Both the position numbers and the translations under genes were made by a program. Shown here piece after piece: positions 39,645-50,929 of a stretch of DNA of 64,000 bases. The DNA lies in NCBI GenBank assembly GCA_963740385.1, contig CAVUDX010000008.1:172055-236054 (forward strand), in the 5' to 3' direction. Under the pieces are notes generated by a model, which had not been told where the DNA came from, made no database searches, and saw only the letters and a program-made list of their open reading frames with translations. The stretch's first letter is position 1. Each line of letters starts with the position of its first letter. The DNA is from an uncultured Acidobacteriota bacterium (GTDB lineage Bacteria > Acidobacteriota > Holophagae > Holophagales > Holophagaceae).

Positions 39645-41906
39645 CTATTTCCTGAGGATGGCCGAGGTCATGGGCTGGACCGTCACGGTGGCACCGAGGA
39701 CCGAAACGCCCGTGGGGGAAGGGATGGCTGCCACGCCCGCCTTGGCACCATCCACCACCACGATCGCTGCACTGAGATCCTGGTCGGCCGTGAAGGTCTT
39801 GGCCGTGGCGTCGGCATTGTGGAAGACATAGTAGGTGCCAGAGCCATCAGTGGAGGTGGCCTTGTAACCGAAGGCCAAGGTGGTGCCGCCCGCCCCGTCG
39901 GGGTTGATGGCCGTCAGGTTGGCGGCCCGGGAGGCGTCGGGCAGGCGGAAGGCATTGGTGGCTTTGCGCAGGGCGATGAGGCCCTGGGCATAGGCATAGA
40001 GCTTGTATCCGTTCTGGCTGGTGTCGTAGTTGGTGAAACCACCCGCCAGGGGATTGCCGCCGGCGTAGACTCGCGACCAGGCCACCATGTTGATGGCGTC
40101 CGAGGCGTTGTAGGAGTTATCAACGAAGGTCCGGTGGGAGGTCTGGCTGGACTTGGTGTTCGGGGTGGCGCCGGAGGTGGCCTCCTTGGAGCGGAACATC
40201 TCGTCCCCGGCATGGATGAAGGCGAGCCCCTGGGAGCTGAGCAGCACCGCATAGGCCACCTTGGCCCGCTTGAGGATGTCCGCATCCCCGGTGGCGCCAA
40301 TCGCGGCGCCCGTGGCCAGGGCCAGGACATCGTAGAGGCAGAGGTTGTCGTGGCAGGTGAGGTAGCTGATGACGTTCTGGGTGGACCCTGGCACGAAGCC
40401 ATTGGTGGGCAGCCCTGCGGCATTCGCAAAGAGGTTGGCGGGGCTCTGCGGCGCTCCGGTCAGGAAGGCCGTGGCACCATCGCTGGGATAGCCGTTCTTG
40501 AAGATCTGACGGTAGCTGTCGGAGAACATGGCGAGGTTCTGGCCAGTGAACTGGGTGGCGTTCACCTGATCCGCCCCGGTGGTGGCGTCTCCGTTGTAGT
40601 CAATGGCGGGCCCGCTGTAGAAGCCGTTCCACCCCTCGCCCAGGAACACCACCTTGGGGTTGAGGGCCTGGGCGGCGCCGTAGGCGGCCTTGAGCGTCTG
40701 GGTGTCCAGCACGCCCATGAGGTCGAAGCGGAAGCCGTCGACCTTGTACTCGCCCACCCAGTGGACGATGGAGTCCACGATGAGCTTGCGGACCATCTTG
40801 GCCTCGGACCGCACATCCTGGCTGCCGGCGCCATTGCGGCTGGTGGCCCGGTAGAAGTAGCCCTGGATGCCGGTGTTGCCCAGCACACTGTTGTTGGCCG
40901 TGTGGTTGTAGACCACATCCAGGATCACCCCCATGCCATGTTTGTGGATCTCGTTGATGAGGGTCTTCAGCTCGTTGATGCGAGCCGCGGGCGTGTCCGG
41001 AGCAGCGGAGTACATCCCCGTCGGGGTGAAGTAGTTCTGGGGGTCGTAGCCCCAGTTGTAGTTGGCGCCGCCGGTCTGACTGAGGCTCAGCTCGCGCGTG
41101 CCGATGCGGGTCTGGTCGTAGGTGTAGTTCGCCAGGGGGCAGAGCAGCTGGACATGGGTGACCCCCAGTTTCTGGATGTGTGGCAGCAGGTCCACCAGGC
41201 CCTTGAAGGTGCCCCAGGTGTGGCCCGAGGCGAAGCCGCTGAGGGCGGGGTCCACCGTCAGGTCCCGCACACCGGCCTCATACACGATGGCGTCCCGGGT
41301 GCCACCAAAGGCGTAGGGGGTGGGGGATGTCCCATCGGTGCCCTTCATGGCCGATCCGTCAAAATAGAAGGAGCTGCCGGTGTAGGGCGTCCAGGCGCCG
41401 CCGTCCGGAAGGACCACGGCCGAATCCAGGATGGCTCCCTTCCCAATAGAATCCCCGGCGATGGTGTTGCCCGTGGTGTGCTTCCACTGGGCCATGGACT
41501 TGGCATAGGGGTCGAGCACGTACTCGTTGCCCACCTTGTAGACGTAGTAGGGCTGGGCGGGCAGGGCCTGGCTCGCCGTGGTCCAGATGCCTCCAGTGCC
41601 CCGGGTCATGGCCAGGGTGGCCGCCGGAGCACTCAGGGAGTCATCCCAGCGGGCGTACAGGTTCACCGTCACACTCGTGGCCGTGGGGTTCCAATAGGCG
41701 AAGGTCACGTTGCCCCCGCTGACCAGGGCCCCCAGCGGGGTGCTGGGCACCTTGTAGTAGGCCGCATCGACAGGGGGGGTGCTGTTGGGATCAGCATCCA
41801 GGCTGGGGGTGGTGGTACTGGTGGTGGCTCCACCACCGCCTCCGCCACCGCACCCCAGGAGGAGGGCTAGGCCCGAGACCATGGCGAAGAAGATGAGTCG
41901 GGACAT
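39645..41906 (-). CDS. GH13 pullulanase, lipoprotein
   Basis: Lipobox LLGC, YNWGYDP, DVVYNH, DGFRFDLMG, GEGW, CHDN. Confidence 0.9.
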   Translation of the reverse strand: MSRLIFFAMVSGLALLLGCGGGGGGGATTSTTTPSLDADPNSTPPVDAAYYKVPSTPLGALVSGGNVTFAYWNPTATSVTVNLYARWDDSLSAPAATLAMTRGTGGIWTTASQALPAQPYYVYKVGNEYVLDPYAKSMAQWKHTTGNTIAGDSIGKGAILDSAVVLPDGGAWTPYTGSSFYFDGSAMKGTDGTSPTPYAFGGTRDAIVYEAGVRDLTVDPALSGFASGHTWGTFKGLVDLLPHIQKLGVTHVQLLCPLANYTYDQTRIGTRELSLSQTGGANYNWGYDPQNYFTPTGMYSAAPDTPAARINELKTLINEIHKHGMGVILDVVYNHTANNSVLGNTGIQGYFYRATSRNGAGSQDVRSEAKMVRKLIVDSIVHWVGEYKVDGFRFDLMGVLDTQTLKAAYGAAQALNPKVVFLGEGWNGFYSGPAIDYNGDATTGADQVNATQFTGQNLAMFSDSYRQIFKNGYPSDGATAFLTGAPQSPANLFANAAGLPTNGFVPGSTQNVISYLTCHDNLCLYDVLALATGAAIGATGDADILKRAKVAYAVLLSSQGLAFIHAGDEMFRSKEATSGATPNTKSSQTSHRTFVDNSYNASDAINMVAWSRVYAGGNPLAGGFTNYDTSQNGYKLYAYAQGLIALRKATNAFRLPDASRAANLTAINPDGAGGTTLAFGYKATSTDGSGTYYVFHNADATAKTFTADQDLSAAIVVVDGAKAGVAAIPSPTGVSVLGATVTVQPMTSAILRK

Positions 41907-41939
41907 GGGATCCTCCAGCTTCACATTCAGGCAGGGATG

Positions 41940-43592
41940 CTACCGGGCGCTGCGCTTGTACATCCGGGTGTAGTACTCGTCGAGCATGCGCTGCACCCCG
42001 AAGGCCTCCCGGGTGGTTTCGATGGAGGCCACCATCATGTCCACCCAGGCCTCGTGACGATCGTAATAGGTGGGCAGCACCTCTTCGGCCAGCACCTTCT
42101 TGAAGGCCTTGAAGTCGTGCCTGTCGAGCACAGCTTCGTCCTCGCTCTCGAAGCCGTCTCCGAACTGCCAGCCGTTCACGCCGTGCTGGCAGGCCTCGGG
42201 CCACCAGCCATCGAGGATGGAGAGGTTGAGCACGCCATTCATGGCGGCCTTCATGCCCGAGGTGCCCGAGGCCTCCTTGGGCCGGCGGGGGTTGTTGAGC
42301 CACACATCCGAGCCCCGGGTGAGCATGCGGCCGATCTCCATGTCGTAGTTTTCCAAGAAGACCACGCTGTCCGGGTACCGTCTGGTCATGTCGAGGATGT
42401 TTTCCACGATCTTCTTGCCATTGTCGTCCAGGGGGTGGGCCTTCCCCGAGAACACGATCTGCAGCCGGCCGCTCTTCAGCAGGGGCTCGATGAACTTGCG
42501 GTCTGTGAAGATGAAGTTGGAGCGCTTGTAGGGCGCCGCGCGCCGGGAGAAGCCGATGAGGAGCTTGCCCGCATCCAGCTTCACGCCGGTGCGCTGCTCC
42601 ACGAAGGCGATGAGCTTCTTCTTGTTGTCCTGGTGGGCTTTCCAGAGCGCGTCCTTGGCCTTCCTCGAGCCATCCCAGGCGGCCGCCAGGTCGAGCATCC
42701 GCGAATCCACCCAGGTGGGCCGGTGGATGGCATTGGTGATGCCAATGATCTCGCTGCGCCCGGCGATGTCCTTCCACATCTTGTTGGAGGTGACGGCGTG
42801 CAGGTCGGCCACAGCGTTGGTGATGCGGGACAGGCGCAGGGCGCCAACCGTCATGTTGAAGGGACTGCCACCCAACTGCTTGAGCTGGGCCTTGGTGAGG
42901 CCCAGGTTTGCACCCAGGTAGAGGAACCGGTCGATGGGGTGGGACTCGTTGCCCTGCACGATGGGGGTGTGGGTGGTGAACACCACTTCCTCCCGCGTCT
43001 TGGCCCAGGCGGCGTCGAAGGGAACCCCCTTCGCCATGCGCTGGGTGAGCAGCTCGAAGCCGGCGAACAGGGCATGCCCTTCGTTGAAGTGGTAGACGTC
43101 CGGCTTGATGCGCAGCGCCTGCAGGGCCCGCACCCCGCCGATGCCCAGAACCATCTCCTGGGCCACGCGCTCCTCGCCAAACCACCCATAGAGCTGGCCG
43201 GTGATCCAGCGGGACTCGCCGTCATTCGCCTCGATGTCGGTATCGAGCAGGTACAGGGAGTCCACCCCGAAGCTGTTCACCCGCCAGACCTTGATCTTCA
43301 CGGGCTTGCCCTTGATTTCGACCTCGACGATGACCCCGGTGTCTTCCAGGAACTCGTGGTTGCCGTTGCGGTAGGCGTCAAAGACCGTTCCCGAATCGGC
43401 ATCGATCATCTGTTCGCCGTACCCCTGTTTCCACCGGATGCCGATGCCCACCATGGGATAGCCGTGGTCTTTCACGCCCTTGAGGTAATCCCCGGCCAGG
43501 ATGCCCAGCCCGCCCGCGTAGATCTTGAACGGGCTCTCGAGGGCGTACTCCATGCAGAAATACGCGACCCTGGGCAGCTTCTTCGTGGACAT
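41940..43592 (-). CDS. glgP: Alpha-glucan phosphorylase (GT35)
   Basis: YFCMEY, YAGGLGILAGD, NEGH, EASGTSGMK. Confidence 0.92.
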   Translation of the reverse strand: MSTKKLPRVAYFCMEYALESPFKIYAGGLGILAGDYLKGVKDHGYPMVGIGIRWKQGYGEQMIDADSGTVFDAYRNGNHEFLEDTGVIVEVEIKGKPVKIKVWRVNSFGVDSLYLLDTDIEANDGESRWITGQLYGWFGEERVAQEMVLGIGGVRALQALRIKPDVYHFNEGHALFAGFELLTQRMAKGVPFDAAWAKTREEVVFTTHTPIVQGNESHPIDRFLYLGANLGLTKAQLKQLGGSPFNMTVGALRLSRITNAVADLHAVTSNKMWKDIAGRSEIIGITNAIHRPTWVDSRMLDLAAAWDGSRKAKDALWKAHQDNKKKLIAFVEQRTGVKLDAGKLLIGFSRRAAPYKRSNFIFTDRKFIEPLLKSGRLQIVFSGKAHPLDDNGKKIVENILDMTRRYPDSVVFLENYDMEIGRMLTRGSDVWLNNPRRPKEASGTSGMKAAMNGVLNLSILDGWWPEACQHGVNGWQFGDGFESEDEAVLDRHDFKAFKKVLAEEVLPTYYDRHEAWVDMMVASIETTREAFGVQRMLDEYYTRMYKRSAR

Positions 43593-43665
43593 GCACGCTC
43601 CTTCATTCTCGATCTCTGCGGATGGTTCGGGTCCGTTCCCCTGGGGGATGGCCTGTTGTCTGGGG

Positions 43666-45351
<1,686 letters not shown>

Positions 45352-45523
45352 GGGGATTCCGTGGCTTGAAGGGTGTGAAAGCCAGGGACGGGCTTCGCCC
45401 GCCCCTGGCGTGGGGGCGTGGGGGGAGGCTCCAGGTCCGCAAGCCTTGGCGAGCGGGATCACGCGGCAGTGCAGCGTGTGCAACCTGGAGGCGCGCAGCG
45501 CGGAACCCCCACATTCATAACCA

Positions 45524-45955
45524 TCACTTCTTGCAGACGTGATCCTTCAGGGCATCTTCCTTGGAGAAGTAGATGGCGCGGTCGCCGTTGACCACCCAGA
45601 TCTCCTTGTGGGCATTGCCGTCGAAGGCCATGTCCTTGGCGCCCTGCTCCTTGATGTCGCCCTTGTGGATGATGTAGTTCACCTGGGCCCGGGAGCCGGT
45701 GTTGAACTCCGAGAGGTCCACCACCCAGAAGACACCGAAGTCGTTGGTGCCGGTGGGCATCATGGGGTTGGGCCACTCGATGTCGGGCAGCGGCATGTTG
45801 GGGCTCTTCCAGAGGTGCACCCCCCAGCGGTCGTACTTGCCGTCGCAGCGGTGGTAGTTGATCTGGATCTTGCCCTCGGGCGGGGCGGCGATGGCCGGAG
45901 CGATGGCCAGGGCGATCACGGCGATCGCCTTGAGGAAGGTCGTGCGGAGGCTCAT
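45524..45955 (-). CDS. Stand-alone pullulanase-associated (CBM41-like) protein
   Basis: Signal peptide, INYHRCDGKYDRWGVHLW, DFGVFW, YIIHKGDIKE, EIWV. Confidence 0.75.
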   Translation of the reverse strand: MSLRTTFLKAIAVIALAIAPAIAAPPEGKIQINYHRCDGKYDRWGVHLWKSPNMPLPDIEWPNPMMPTGTNDFGVFWVVDLSEFNTGSRAQVNYIIHKGDIKEQGAKDMAFDGNAHKEIWVVNGDRAIYFSKEDALKDHVCKK

Positions 45956-46008
45956 GCGTGACTCCTTGTGGGAAAAGGGAGGGCAGGGGCCCTCGGTGGA
46001 AAAGGGAT

Positions 46009-46899
46009 TCAGCCCTTGTTGGCGCCGGAGGTCAGCCCGGCGATCATCCAGCGCTGGGCGAGGATGAACACCACGGAGATCGGCAGACCCGAGAGGATGG
46101 CGGCGGCGGCGAAGTCGCCCCAGAGGTACTTCTGGGCGTAGAGAAACTGCTTCATGCCTGCGGCCATGGTGAGCTTGTCCTGGCTGCGCAGCAGAACGGA
46201 GGCCACCGGGTACTCGTTTACGGCCCCGATGAAGGCCAGCAGGAAGATGACCATGATGATGGGCAGCGCCATGGGCAGCAGAACCCGCCAGAAGGCCTGC
46301 CAGGGCGTGGCGCCGTCGACGGTGGCGGCTTCCTCGATCTCGCCGGGAATGGTTTCGTAGAAACCCTTGATGGTCCAGATGTGCAGCGCGATGCCACCGG
46401 AATAGGCCAGCACCAGGGCCCAGGGGCTGTCGATCCCGAACAACGGGAAGCTGTGACCCAGGCGGGAGAAAATGGCATGGATGGCAATCAGCGCGAGGAT
46501 GGTGGGGAACATCTGCATCAGCATGAGGCCCACCAGCGCGGCCTTCTTACCGGCAAAGCGCATGCGGGCGAAGGCATAAGCGGCCGTCGTGGAGAGCAGC
46601 ACGGCGGTTACGGCGGACAGGCTGGCGATCTTCACGGAGTTCCAGAGCCAGCGGAGCACCGGTAGGTCGGGGGTGATCACGCGGCCATCCGCGTTGGTGA
46701 CCGGCAGGCCCAGTGCAAAGCGCCAGTGCTCAAGGCTGATCTCCTTGGGGATCAGGCTCCCGGTGGCGAAATTGCCTGGCCGGAGGGAGATGGAGACCGT
46801 CATCAGGAGGGGGAAGAGTACCAGGGCACAGAGGGCGATGAGGAAGAGGTGGGCGGCCACTTGGCGCCAGCGCTGCGACTTGTCGATGACGATGGCCAT
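46009..46899 (-). CDS. malG: Maltose ABC permease MalG
   Basis: SLRPGNFATGSLIP, EEAATVDGA, WGDFAAAAILSGLPI. Confidence 0.93.
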   Translation of the reverse strand: MAIVIDKSQRWRQVAAHLFLIALCALVLFPLLMTVSISLRPGNFATGSLIPKEISLEHWRFALGLPVTNADGRVITPDLPVLRWLWNSVKIASLSAVTAVLLSTTAAYAFARMRFAGKKAALVGLMLMQMFPTILALIAIHAIFSRLGHSFPLFGIDSPWALVLAYSGGIALHIWTIKGFYETIPGEIEEAATVDGATPWQAFWRVLLPMALPIIMVIFLLAFIGAVNEYPVASVLLRSQDKLTMAAGMKQFLYAQKYLWGDFAAAAILSGLPISVVFILAQRWMIAGLTSGANKG

Positions 46900-46911
46900 G
46901 CCTGACTCCTC

Positions 46912-48471
46912 TCAGCCCTTGGTGTCTTCGGCGATCTTCGTGGCCTTGATCTGCACCACGGAGATGACGGCCACCAGGAGGAACACCACGGTGGAAATGG
47001 CCGCGCCCAGGGCGAACTTCTGGCCTGAATCGCCGAAGGCCATGCGGTAGGTGTAGGACACCAGGATGTCCGTGGTGCCTGCGGGCACGGAGGTGTTCAG
47101 GAAGTCCGGCAACCCCCCGGTCAGCAGGTTGATGAGCACGAAGTTGTTGAAGTTGAAGGCGAACGAGGAGATCAGCAGGGGTGTCAGCGGCTTCATGATC
47201 AGCGGCATGGTGATGCGGAAGAAGTTGGTGAGCGGTCCCGCGCCGGCCACCGCGGAGGCCTCGTAGAGGTCCTGTGGAATGGCCTTGATCAGCCCCATGC
47301 AGATCACCATCATGTACGGGAACCCCAGCCAGGTATTGACGATGAGGATCATCGTCTTGGCCAGGAAGGGGTCGGAGAACCAGGTGGGCTTGATCCCGAA
47401 GAGGGTGCTCAGGACGAGGTTGATCTCCCCTGAGTTGTTGTTGAACAGGCCCTTGAACACCAGGATGGAGATGAAGCCCGGGATGGCGTAGGGCAGGAAG
47501 AGCACCAGCCGGTACACCGACCGGAAGCGCAGCGATTCCCAGCTCAGCAGCACCGCCAGCACCATGCCCAGGGTGGTGCAGAAGATCACCGTGAGGGTCG
47601 AGAACACCACGGTCCAGATGAAGATCTTCCAGAGAGGCTCGCGGAGGCTCGCATCGGTGAAGATGTCGAGGTAGTTCTTCCAGCCCACATCCACCTGGAA
47701 GCCGGGCGTCACCTTGTTCCCGTCCTCGGTCTCGTAGAAGCCCGTCTTGAAGTTGGGGCGCAGCACTGCCTGGGTCTCGTGGTTGGTGAGGCTCCCGTCC
47801 GGGTTCCGGGTGTACTGGGGCCGGGAGGGGGCGAACTCCCGCAGGCCGGTCATGCGCACATGATTGCCGTCTGGGAGGGTCAGGCTCAGGCCCTTTAGAA
47901 AGGTCTGGTGGTCGATGATCTGCGACAGGGGCATGGTATCCCCCGCCAGGGGCTCCAGGGCGGCGGTGGCCTTCAGGGTGAGGTGGGTGGCCTCCTCGCC
48001 CATGGCGAACGGTTCAGTGAGGAACGCCTGGCCGGTGTCCACGTCCTCCAGCCGGATGCGCCACCGCCCACCGTCCGCGTGTAACTCCGAATTGAAGGTG
48101 GCGCCTTCGGCGCGGTAGGTCTCCTCCAGCAGGTAGTTGGTGGCCCGCGGAAAGGTCAGCAGGTTGGTGGAGCTGTAGTTGGAGAACCCGATGCGGATGG
48201 TGTAGAGCATCGGGAACACCACGAAGATCAGCGCCGCTCCGATGCCCGGAAAGAGGTACCGGTAGGCGTAGGTCCTGGGTGAGGTGTAGATCCAGATGAA
48301 GCAGCCCAGCGTCACGAGCAGGATTCCCGCCAGCAGGCTCTCCCCGGTGGCGTAGATCGTGGTGATGATAAACAGCCCGGCCAGGCTCAGGAGAACCATC
48401 ACAAGGGGCTGGAGGAGGCGTTTGAGGGCCGGGTGCATGCGCATGACGGGTTCCGGGTCAGAGGGGAACAC
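46912..48471 (-). CDS. malF: Maltose ABC permease MalF
   Basis: FSNYSSTNLL, large periplasmic loop, LYEASAVAGA, FAFNFNNF; start uncertain. Confidence 0.92.
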   Translation of the reverse strand: MFPSDPEPVMRMHPALKRLLQPLVMVLLSLAGLFIITTIYATGESLLAGILLVTLGCFIWIYTSPRTYAYRYLFPGIGAALIFVVFPMLYTIRIGFSNYSSTNLLTFPRATNYLLEETYRAEGATFNSELHADGGRWRIRLEDVDTGQAFLTEPFAMGEEATHLTLKATAALEPLAGDTMPLSQIIDHQTFLKGLSLTLPDGNHVRMTGLREFAPSRPQYTRNPDGSLTNHETQAVLRPNFKTGFYETEDGNKVTPGFQVDVGWKNYLDIFTDASLREPLWKIFIWTVVFSTLTVIFCTTLGMVLAVLLSWESLRFRSVYRLVLFLPYAIPGFISILVFKGLFNNNSGEINLVLSTLFGIKPTWFSDPFLAKTMILIVNTWLGFPYMMVICMGLIKAIPQDLYEASAVAGAGPLTNFFRITMPLIMKPLTPLLISSFAFNFNNFVLINLLTGGLPDFLNTSVPAGTTDILVSYTYRMAFGDSGQKFALGAAISTVVFLLVAVISVVQIKATKIAEDTKG

Positions 48472-48516
48472 CTGCCCGGGGACCGACCGAACGGCCCGTC
48501 CCCGGGTGGCGGGTGG

Positions 48517-49722
48517 CTACTTCAGGATGCGCTTGGCGGCGGCGTCCAGGGCTTCCTTGGGGGTCTGTCGGCCCTCGGTCATGTTGTTGAGGGCAGAGAC
48601 CATGGCGGCCCAGAACCGGCCCATGCGGGGGTTGTTGGGCATCACCACGCCATCCTTGGCCGAGGCCATGGACACCTGGATGAAGGGGTCCTGCTTCATC
48701 TTGGCGAAGGCGGCCTTGTTGGCGGGCGCGCCGATGGCCACATCGGCGTTGATGGTCTCCAGACCCTTCACGCTCAGCATGCTGTTCTCGATGAACTCAC
48801 GGGCGATGTCCACGTTGCCGGCGGCCGAGGCGGCCTTGGTGATCATGGCCCCCATGTAGCCGACAAAGGGCTTGGAGGGCTTCCCGGCCACGCTGGGAAT
48901 CTTGGCCACACCGAAGTTGATCTTGGCCTTCTTGAGGTTGTCCCAGGCCCAGGGGCCGCTGATCATCATGGCCAGCTTGCCCTGCGCCATCTGGGCTTCC
49001 ATGTCGGCATAGGTGGCGCCCTTGGGCATGACGCCCTCCTTCACCATTCTCGTCAGCAGCTCGGCGCCCTTCAGGGCCCCGTCGTTGTTCACGCCCGTGT
49101 CCTTCTGGTCATAGGTGCCGTCGGCATTCATCTTGAAGGCGTAACCGCCGTTGGCCGCCAGCATGGGCATGGTGAAGTAGGTGTTGGTGTAGTCCCAGAG
49201 AATGGCTTTCTTGCCCTGGGCGACGAACTTCTTGTCGAGGGCGAAGATCTCCTCGAAGGTTTTGGGGGGGGTCTTCAACAGGGCCTTGTTGTAGATGAGG
49301 GACACGGCCTCGATGGCCACCGGGTAGGCCCAGACCTTCCCCTTGATGGTGAAGGCCTGCCAGGCGGAAGGGTCGATCTCCTCCTTGACCTTCTTGCCCG
49401 GCGTGACGGCGTTGATAACGCCGCTGTCGGCCCACTCACCGACGCGGTCGTGGGCCCAGATCCAGATGTCGGGACCCTTGCCCTCTTCGGCGGCCTGCTG
49501 GAACTTGCCGGGGGCATCCTCGGGATGCTCCACCACCACCTTCACCCCGGTCTTCTTGGCGAACTCGTCGCCCACCTTCTGGAGTCCGTTGTAGCCCTTG
49601 TCGCCGTTGATCCAGACCAGCAGCTTGCCCTTTTCGGCGGCCTGACCGAGGGTGCAGGCGCCCGCCACCAGGCAGAGCATTGCGGTGGTCGCCAGTTTGC
49701 GGAGGGGGGTGGAAGATCGCAT
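48517..49722 (-). CDS. malE: Maltose/maltodextrin-binding protein MalE
   Basis: [36 protein letters not shown]. Confidence 0.94.
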   Translation of the reverse strand: MRSSTPLRKLATTAMLCLVAGACTLGQAAEKGKLLVWINGDKGYNGLQKVGDEFAKKTGVKVVVEHPEDAPGKFQQAAEEGKGPDIWIWAHDRVGEWADSGVINAVTPGKKVKEEIDPSAWQAFTIKGKVWAYPVAIEAVSLIYNKALLKTPPKTFEEIFALDKKFVAQGKKAILWDYTNTYFTMPMLAANGGYAFKMNADGTYDQKDTGVNNDGALKGAELLTRMVKEGVMPKGATYADMEAQMAQGKLAMMISGPWAWDNLKKAKINFGVAKIPSVAGKPSKPFVGYMGAMITKAASAAGNVDIAREFIENSMLSVKGLETINADVAIGAPANKAAFAKMKQDPFIQVSMASAKDGVVMPNNPRMGRFWAAMVSALNNMTEGRQTPKEALDAAAKRILK

Positions 49723-49766
49723 GGATGACTCCTTGAAAGTGGCCCGGGGGCCCGGGTGAAGGGAGA

Positions 49767-50864
49767 TCAGATAAGGCGGGGCAGGGACCGGTCATCCGGT
49801 CCGAACAGCTGGCAGTGCTTGGCGGGGAAGCGGAGATGGGTGGTATCACCGGTGCGCAGCGGGTTCTCGGGGCTCGCCTTGACCGTGAGCTGTCCGTCGC
49901 CGCCGGGGGACTTCACATACAGGAAGACCGTATCCCCGAGGTGTTCGGCCACGACGACCTCCGTGGTGGCGGTGCCCTCGCTTGGTTCGGTTTCAGCGAG
50001 GAGCCGCTCCGGGCGGATGCCCAGGGTCAGGGCCGTACCGGATGATAGCTCCCGGGCGTCCGCGGAAGCGGGCAGAAGGGTGCCGTCCTCCAGGCAGACC
50101 GTGGCCCCCAGGTCGGTGGCAGACACCAGCGTGCAGGGGAGGAAGTTCATTTTTGGGGAGCCGATGAAGCCCGCTACGAAGCGGTTCGCGGGCCGGTGGT
50201 AAAGCTCCAGCGGCGTGCCCACCTGCTCAAGGCGGCCCTGGTTGATCACCACGATGCGGTTCGCCAGGGTCATGGCCTCTACCTGGTCATGGGTGACATA
50301 GACCATGGTGGTGGCCAGGTCCTTGTGGAGGCGCGCCAGCTCGACGCGCATCTGCACCCGGAGGCCGGCGTCGAGGTTGGAGAGGGGCTCGTCAAAGAGG
50401 AAGACACCGGGCTTCCGCACAATGGCCCTGCCGATCGCCACCCGCTGTCGCTGTCCCCCCGACAGCGCTTTTGGACGGCGATCGAGCAGGGATTCGATCT
50501 GGAGGATCTCGGCGCCACGCTGCACGGCGGCCTGAATCTCCATCTTCGAATGTCCGGCCAGCTTCAGACCGAAGGCCATGTTCTCGGCCACGGTCATGTG
50601 GGGATAGAGGGCATAGCTCTGGAACACCATGGCGATGCCGCGCTTCGACGGCGGCACCTCGTTCATGGTCTGGCCGCCGATGAGCAGCTCCCCGCTGGTG
50701 ATTTCCTCCAACCCCGCGATGCAGCGCAGCAGGGTGGACTTCCCGCAGCCCGAGGGCCCCACGAAGACGATGAATTCCCCGTCCTGGATCTCGAGGTCGA
50801 TGCCATGGAGGATCTCCACGTCGCCGAAGGACTTGCGCAGGGCTTTGAACTGGAGGTTGGCCAT
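49767..50864 (-). CDS. malK: Sugar ABC ATPase MalK
   Basis: GPSGCGKST, LSGGQRQ, FLFDEPLSNLD, TOBE tail. Confidence 0.92.
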   Translation of the reverse strand: MANLQFKALRKSFGDVEILHGIDLEIQDGEFIVFVGPSGCGKSTLLRCIAGLEEITSGELLIGGQTMNEVPPSKRGIAMVFQSYALYPHMTVAENMAFGLKLAGHSKMEIQAAVQRGAEILQIESLLDRRPKALSGGQRQRVAIGRAIVRKPGVFLFDEPLSNLDAGLRVQMRVELARLHKDLATTMVYVTHDQVEAMTLANRIVVINQGRLEQVGTPLELYHRPANRFVAGFIGSPKMNFLPCTLVSATDLGATVCLEDGTLLPASADARELSSGTALTLGIRPERLLAETEPSEGTATTEVVVAEHLGDTVFLYVKSPGGDGQLTVKASPENPLRTGDTTHLRFPAKHCQLFGPDDRSLPRLI

Positions 50865-50929
50865 GGGGTGGGGTCCGGGAAAGGCGTGGGGAAGTCTGAT
50901 GAATAGGCCCAGGGGGCCTGCGGGCAAGA

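Noticed and set aside
41805-41855. Gly/Thr microsatellite-like tract as a phase-variation site
   Set aside because: Mixed codons encoding an ordinary flexible lipoprotein tether (CGGGGGGGATTSTTT).
39459-41870. Long antisense ORFs (e.g. 803 aa here; also 13009-15240, 32029-34209, 57655-59814, 62065-63957)
   Set aside because: Shadow frames opposite or overlapping clearly recognisable genes; expected in high-GC DNA, with no family motifs.
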